From positions 2,793 to 66,792 of the forward strand of contig CAVQFK010000003.1 of the NCBI GenBank assembly GCA_963711755.1: DNA of 64,000 nt, given 5' to 3'. The notes below the pieces were generated by a model that worked only from the letters and a program-made list of their open reading frames with translations, did no database searches and had not been told where the DNA came from. This DNA is from an uncultured Actinomycetota bacterium (GTDB lineage Bacteria; Actinomycetota; Actinomycetes; Mycobacteriales; Mycobacteriaceae). The translations under genes were made by a program, and so were the position numbers. This document shows, piece after piece, positions 61,715 through 64,000 of the stretch (the stretch's first letter is position 1; each line of letters opens with the position of its first letter).

Positions 61715-62677
61715 TCACGTCTTGGTACGCGGAACCGGCATGCGCCGCAGCAGCTCCTCGACGACGTCGGCGCCGGCCACCCGCCGGACCCACATCTCCG
61801 GTCGAAGGCTGATGCGGTGCGCCATCGTCGCGACGGCAAGGGATTTGACGTCCTCGGGTACCACGTAGTCCCTGCCGAGCAGCAGTGCGCGGGCGCGGGC
61901 CAGTTGCACCAGATCGAGCTCGGCTCGCGGGCTCGCGCCGACCGCGACCTGCGGATGCTGGCGGCTCGCGGTCGCCAGCGACACCACGTACCGCAGCACG
62001 TCTTCGTGCACAGTCACCTGCTCGACCGACTCCCGCATCGCGAGCAGATCATGCGCGTCGACGACTTGGTGCACGGTCGGTTCGGCCGAGCCGCGGTCGA
62101 GGCGGCGGCGCAGCATCGACGCTTCCTCGGGCTCGGAAAGGTATTTGAGCTCGAGCCTGATCGCGAACCGGTCCAATTGGGCCTCGGGCAGCGGGTAGGT
62201 GCCCTCGTACTCGATCGGGTTGTCGGTGGCCAGCACGATGAACGGACCCGGCAGCTTGTGGGTGACACCGTCGATGCTCACCTGACCCTCGGCCATCGAC
62301 TCCAGCAGCGCCGCCTGGGTTTTCGGCGGCGTCCGGTTGATTTCGTCGGCAAGGAGCAGATTGGTGAAGATCGGCCCGGCCCGGAACTCGAAGCGGCCGG
62401 ACTGCATGTCGTACACGGTCGAGCCGAGCAGATCGGCTGGCAGCAGGTCGGGGGTGAACTGCACCCGCTTGAACTCCAGTCCCAGCGCCGCGGCGAAGGA
62501 GCGCGCGATCAGTGTCTTGCCGAGGCCTGGCAGATCCTCGATGAGTACATGCCCGCCCGCGAGCACGGTCGTCAGGATGAGGGTGAGGGCAGCGCGCTTG
62601 CCGACCACCACCGTGGCGATCTCGTCAAGCACCGCCTCGCATTGCGCGGCAGTCGTCGTGACCGACATCGGACTCAT
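61715..62677 (-). CDS. moxR: MoxR family AAA+ ATPase
   Basis: GHVLIEDLPGLGKT, RVQFTPDLLP.D, LADEINR, ATDNPIEYEGTYPLPEAQLDRF. Confidence 0.95.
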   Translation of the reverse strand: MSPMSVTTTAAQCEAVLDEIATVVVGKRAALTLILTTVLAGGHVLIEDLPGLGKTLIARSFAAALGLEFKRVQFTPDLLPADLLGSTVYDMQSGRFEFRAGPIFTNLLLADEINRTPPKTQAALLESMAEGQVSIDGVTHKLPGPFIVLATDNPIEYEGTYPLPEAQLDRFAIRLELKYLSEPEEASMLRRRLDRGSAEPTVHQVVDAHDLLAMRESVEQVTVHEDVLRYVVSLATASRQHPQVAVGASPRAELDLVQLARARALLLGRDYVVPEDVKSLAVATMAHRISLRPEMWVRRVAGADVVEELLRRMPVPRTKT

Positions 62678-63159
62678 ACCCGCTCCATCCGTTGCAGTAT
62701 GTCCGCGAGTGCCGCGCGACCGGGGCCAGGCTCTTCGCCGCCGGTGCGCGAAACATTCTGCGGGTCAACCCATGTCCACAGTTCCTCGCCGAAGAGCATC
62801 TGCCCGGTCGCGTGGAACGCCGCGGCGTTTCTCGCGCGCCGCTGCCCGGTGGCCAGCTCGAACTGCCGCGCCAGCATGGGACGCAGGTGCCGGTCCCAGT
62901 CCCTTCGCGTGGATTCGGAACGGCTGATCAGCGTCTCGGTGCGCGATAGCCAGCGACGCAACGACGCTGCGGGATCGTCGGCCCGGTCCGCGCCATCGGT
63001 GGGCGCGGCCTCGCGGGACAACAGCCAGCGCAACGCCAGGAACACGACGGCGACGACCAGGCCCGCCGCGATGAGGAACAGCTCGGGGTCGAGCACCATG
63101 ATCGCGACCAGCTCGACGATGATCACCACGCAAACACCCGCAGCGACATGCTTTTTCAC
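62674..63159 (-). CDS. Membrane protein (Rv3165c-like)
   Basis: 2 TM, then LRRW, WDRHLRP.LAR, LW.WVDP; GTG overlapping the upstream stop. Confidence 0.8.
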   Translation of the reverse strand: MKKHVAAGVCVVIIVELVAIMVLDPELFLIAAGLVVAVVFLALRWLLSREAAPTDGADRADDPAASLRRWLSRTETLISRSESTRRDWDRHLRPMLARQFELATGQRRARNAAAFHATGQMLFGEELWTWVDPQNVSRTGGEEPGPGRAALADILQRMERV

Positions 63160-64000
63160 GCCATGCTCCTCAGCTCGGTGAGCACCAGCCGCAGGATGCC
63201 CACCGCCACGTCGCGGTGCCCCTCGTTCATCACGTGCGGGCTGAACCGTGCCTCCTCGAACAGCTCGACGAGCTGTGTCGCGCTGTCGGCGTGCAGGGCA
63301 TGGTGCTCGACAGCGCGGGCAAGCACCTCGGTCGGGGTGTCGCAATCCTGTGGAACGGCGTTGGGTACCCGCGTGAGCTCGCTTTCCATCGCCGCATAGC
63401 ACGCGATGATGGCCTCCCGTGGCTCGCGGCGCAGGTCCCCGATCTCAGCCAAGCCGAGTTCTGCTGCGCGAGCGAGGGATTCACTGGCAGCCATCGGCGC
63501 CGTGCCCTCGGAGGCGTCCGCGTCGAACGGGTACGATGTCGCGCTGCGCCGCTGCCGCCGCGATGCGATCACCGTGCCGACGATGACGAGCACCATCAGG
63601 ATCAGCATCGGCGCGACGAGGTATCCAAAGATGTTGGTACCCACATCTTCTGGCGGCGGATCCGGCAGCGGTTGGGTGTCGTCGGCGGCGGGTGGCGCGC
63701 TCGTCCGGTCCGGTCCTTTCGCGGGCACACGGGCGGGCCGATCGGCGGGTGCGAAGGCGCCGACCCGCATCAGCAGCAGGATCAGCACCAGCCACCCGAT
63801 GAGCAGGCCGAGGGCGATCAGCGAGAACCGCCACGTCGGTCTGCCCCCAGGCCCGTCGGGGCTCGCGGGTAACTCCCCTCTGGTGGTGGGCCTGGCCCTG
63901 CGATCGCGCAACCGGGTGATGATGGCGAAGCCGATGACCGCAACGGCCGCGGTGAGCAGCACGACGTCGGCGATCAGTGCCAGCGGGCTGTTCGATGGCC
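63156..64000 (-). CDS. DUF4129 domain membrane protein (5' partial)
   Basis: PREAIIACYAAME, DTPTEVLARA, LFEEARFSPH. Confidence 0.88.
   Translation of the reverse strand, partial: PSNSPLALIADVVLLTAAVAVIGFAIITRLRDRRARPTTRGELPASPDGPGGRPTWRFSLIALGLLIGWLVLILLLMRVGAFAPADRPARVPAKGPDRTSAPPAADDTQPLPDPPPEDVGTNIFGYLVAPMLILMVLVIVGTVIASRRQRRSATSYPFDADASEGTAPMAASESLARAAELGLAEIGDLRREPREAIIACYAAMESELTRVPNAVPQDCDTPTEVLARAVEHHALHADSATQLVELFEEARFSPHVMNEGHRDVAVGILRLVLTELRSMA

Overview
This 64-kb window is high-GC actinobacterial DNA, most likely from a rapidly growing Mycobacterium/Mycolicibacterium. The call rests on treS-mak, fusA2 (EF-G2), an Rv0121c-type F420 PPOX gene, pncA, metE with a cobalamin riboswitch, and a moxR3-type AAA/DUF58 cluster. 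Most of the window is metabolic and accessory genes: glgX, a lysA paralog, a pyrE-like gene, an ABC importer, an IclR/CoA-transferase/HMG-CoA-lyase/GntP catabolic unit and a galK-galT-DeoR-SSS unit. I saw no rRNA, tRNA, CRISPR array or transposase. The most unusual items are: (1) a coupled 4-gene membrane operon whose first protein carries two PmoC/AmoC-like D-x3-H...P-x-H metal motifs, next to a cupredoxin-like lipoprotein; (2) a His-rich leader membrane protein ending in a RAPP arrest-like motif upstream of a PepSY-TM/PCuAC/Dyp operon; (3) a DUF559/Vsr-like nuclease gene bracketed by two near-identical 62-nt palindromes; (4) two inverted paralogous small lipoproteins whose Pro-rich tail shows strong purifying selection, one heading an S53 protease/PrsW-like pseudo-protease operon; (5) a candidate structured small RNA; and (6) matching SigG-type and SigF-type promoters. 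All family calls come from reading motifs by eye; no searches or folding programs were run.
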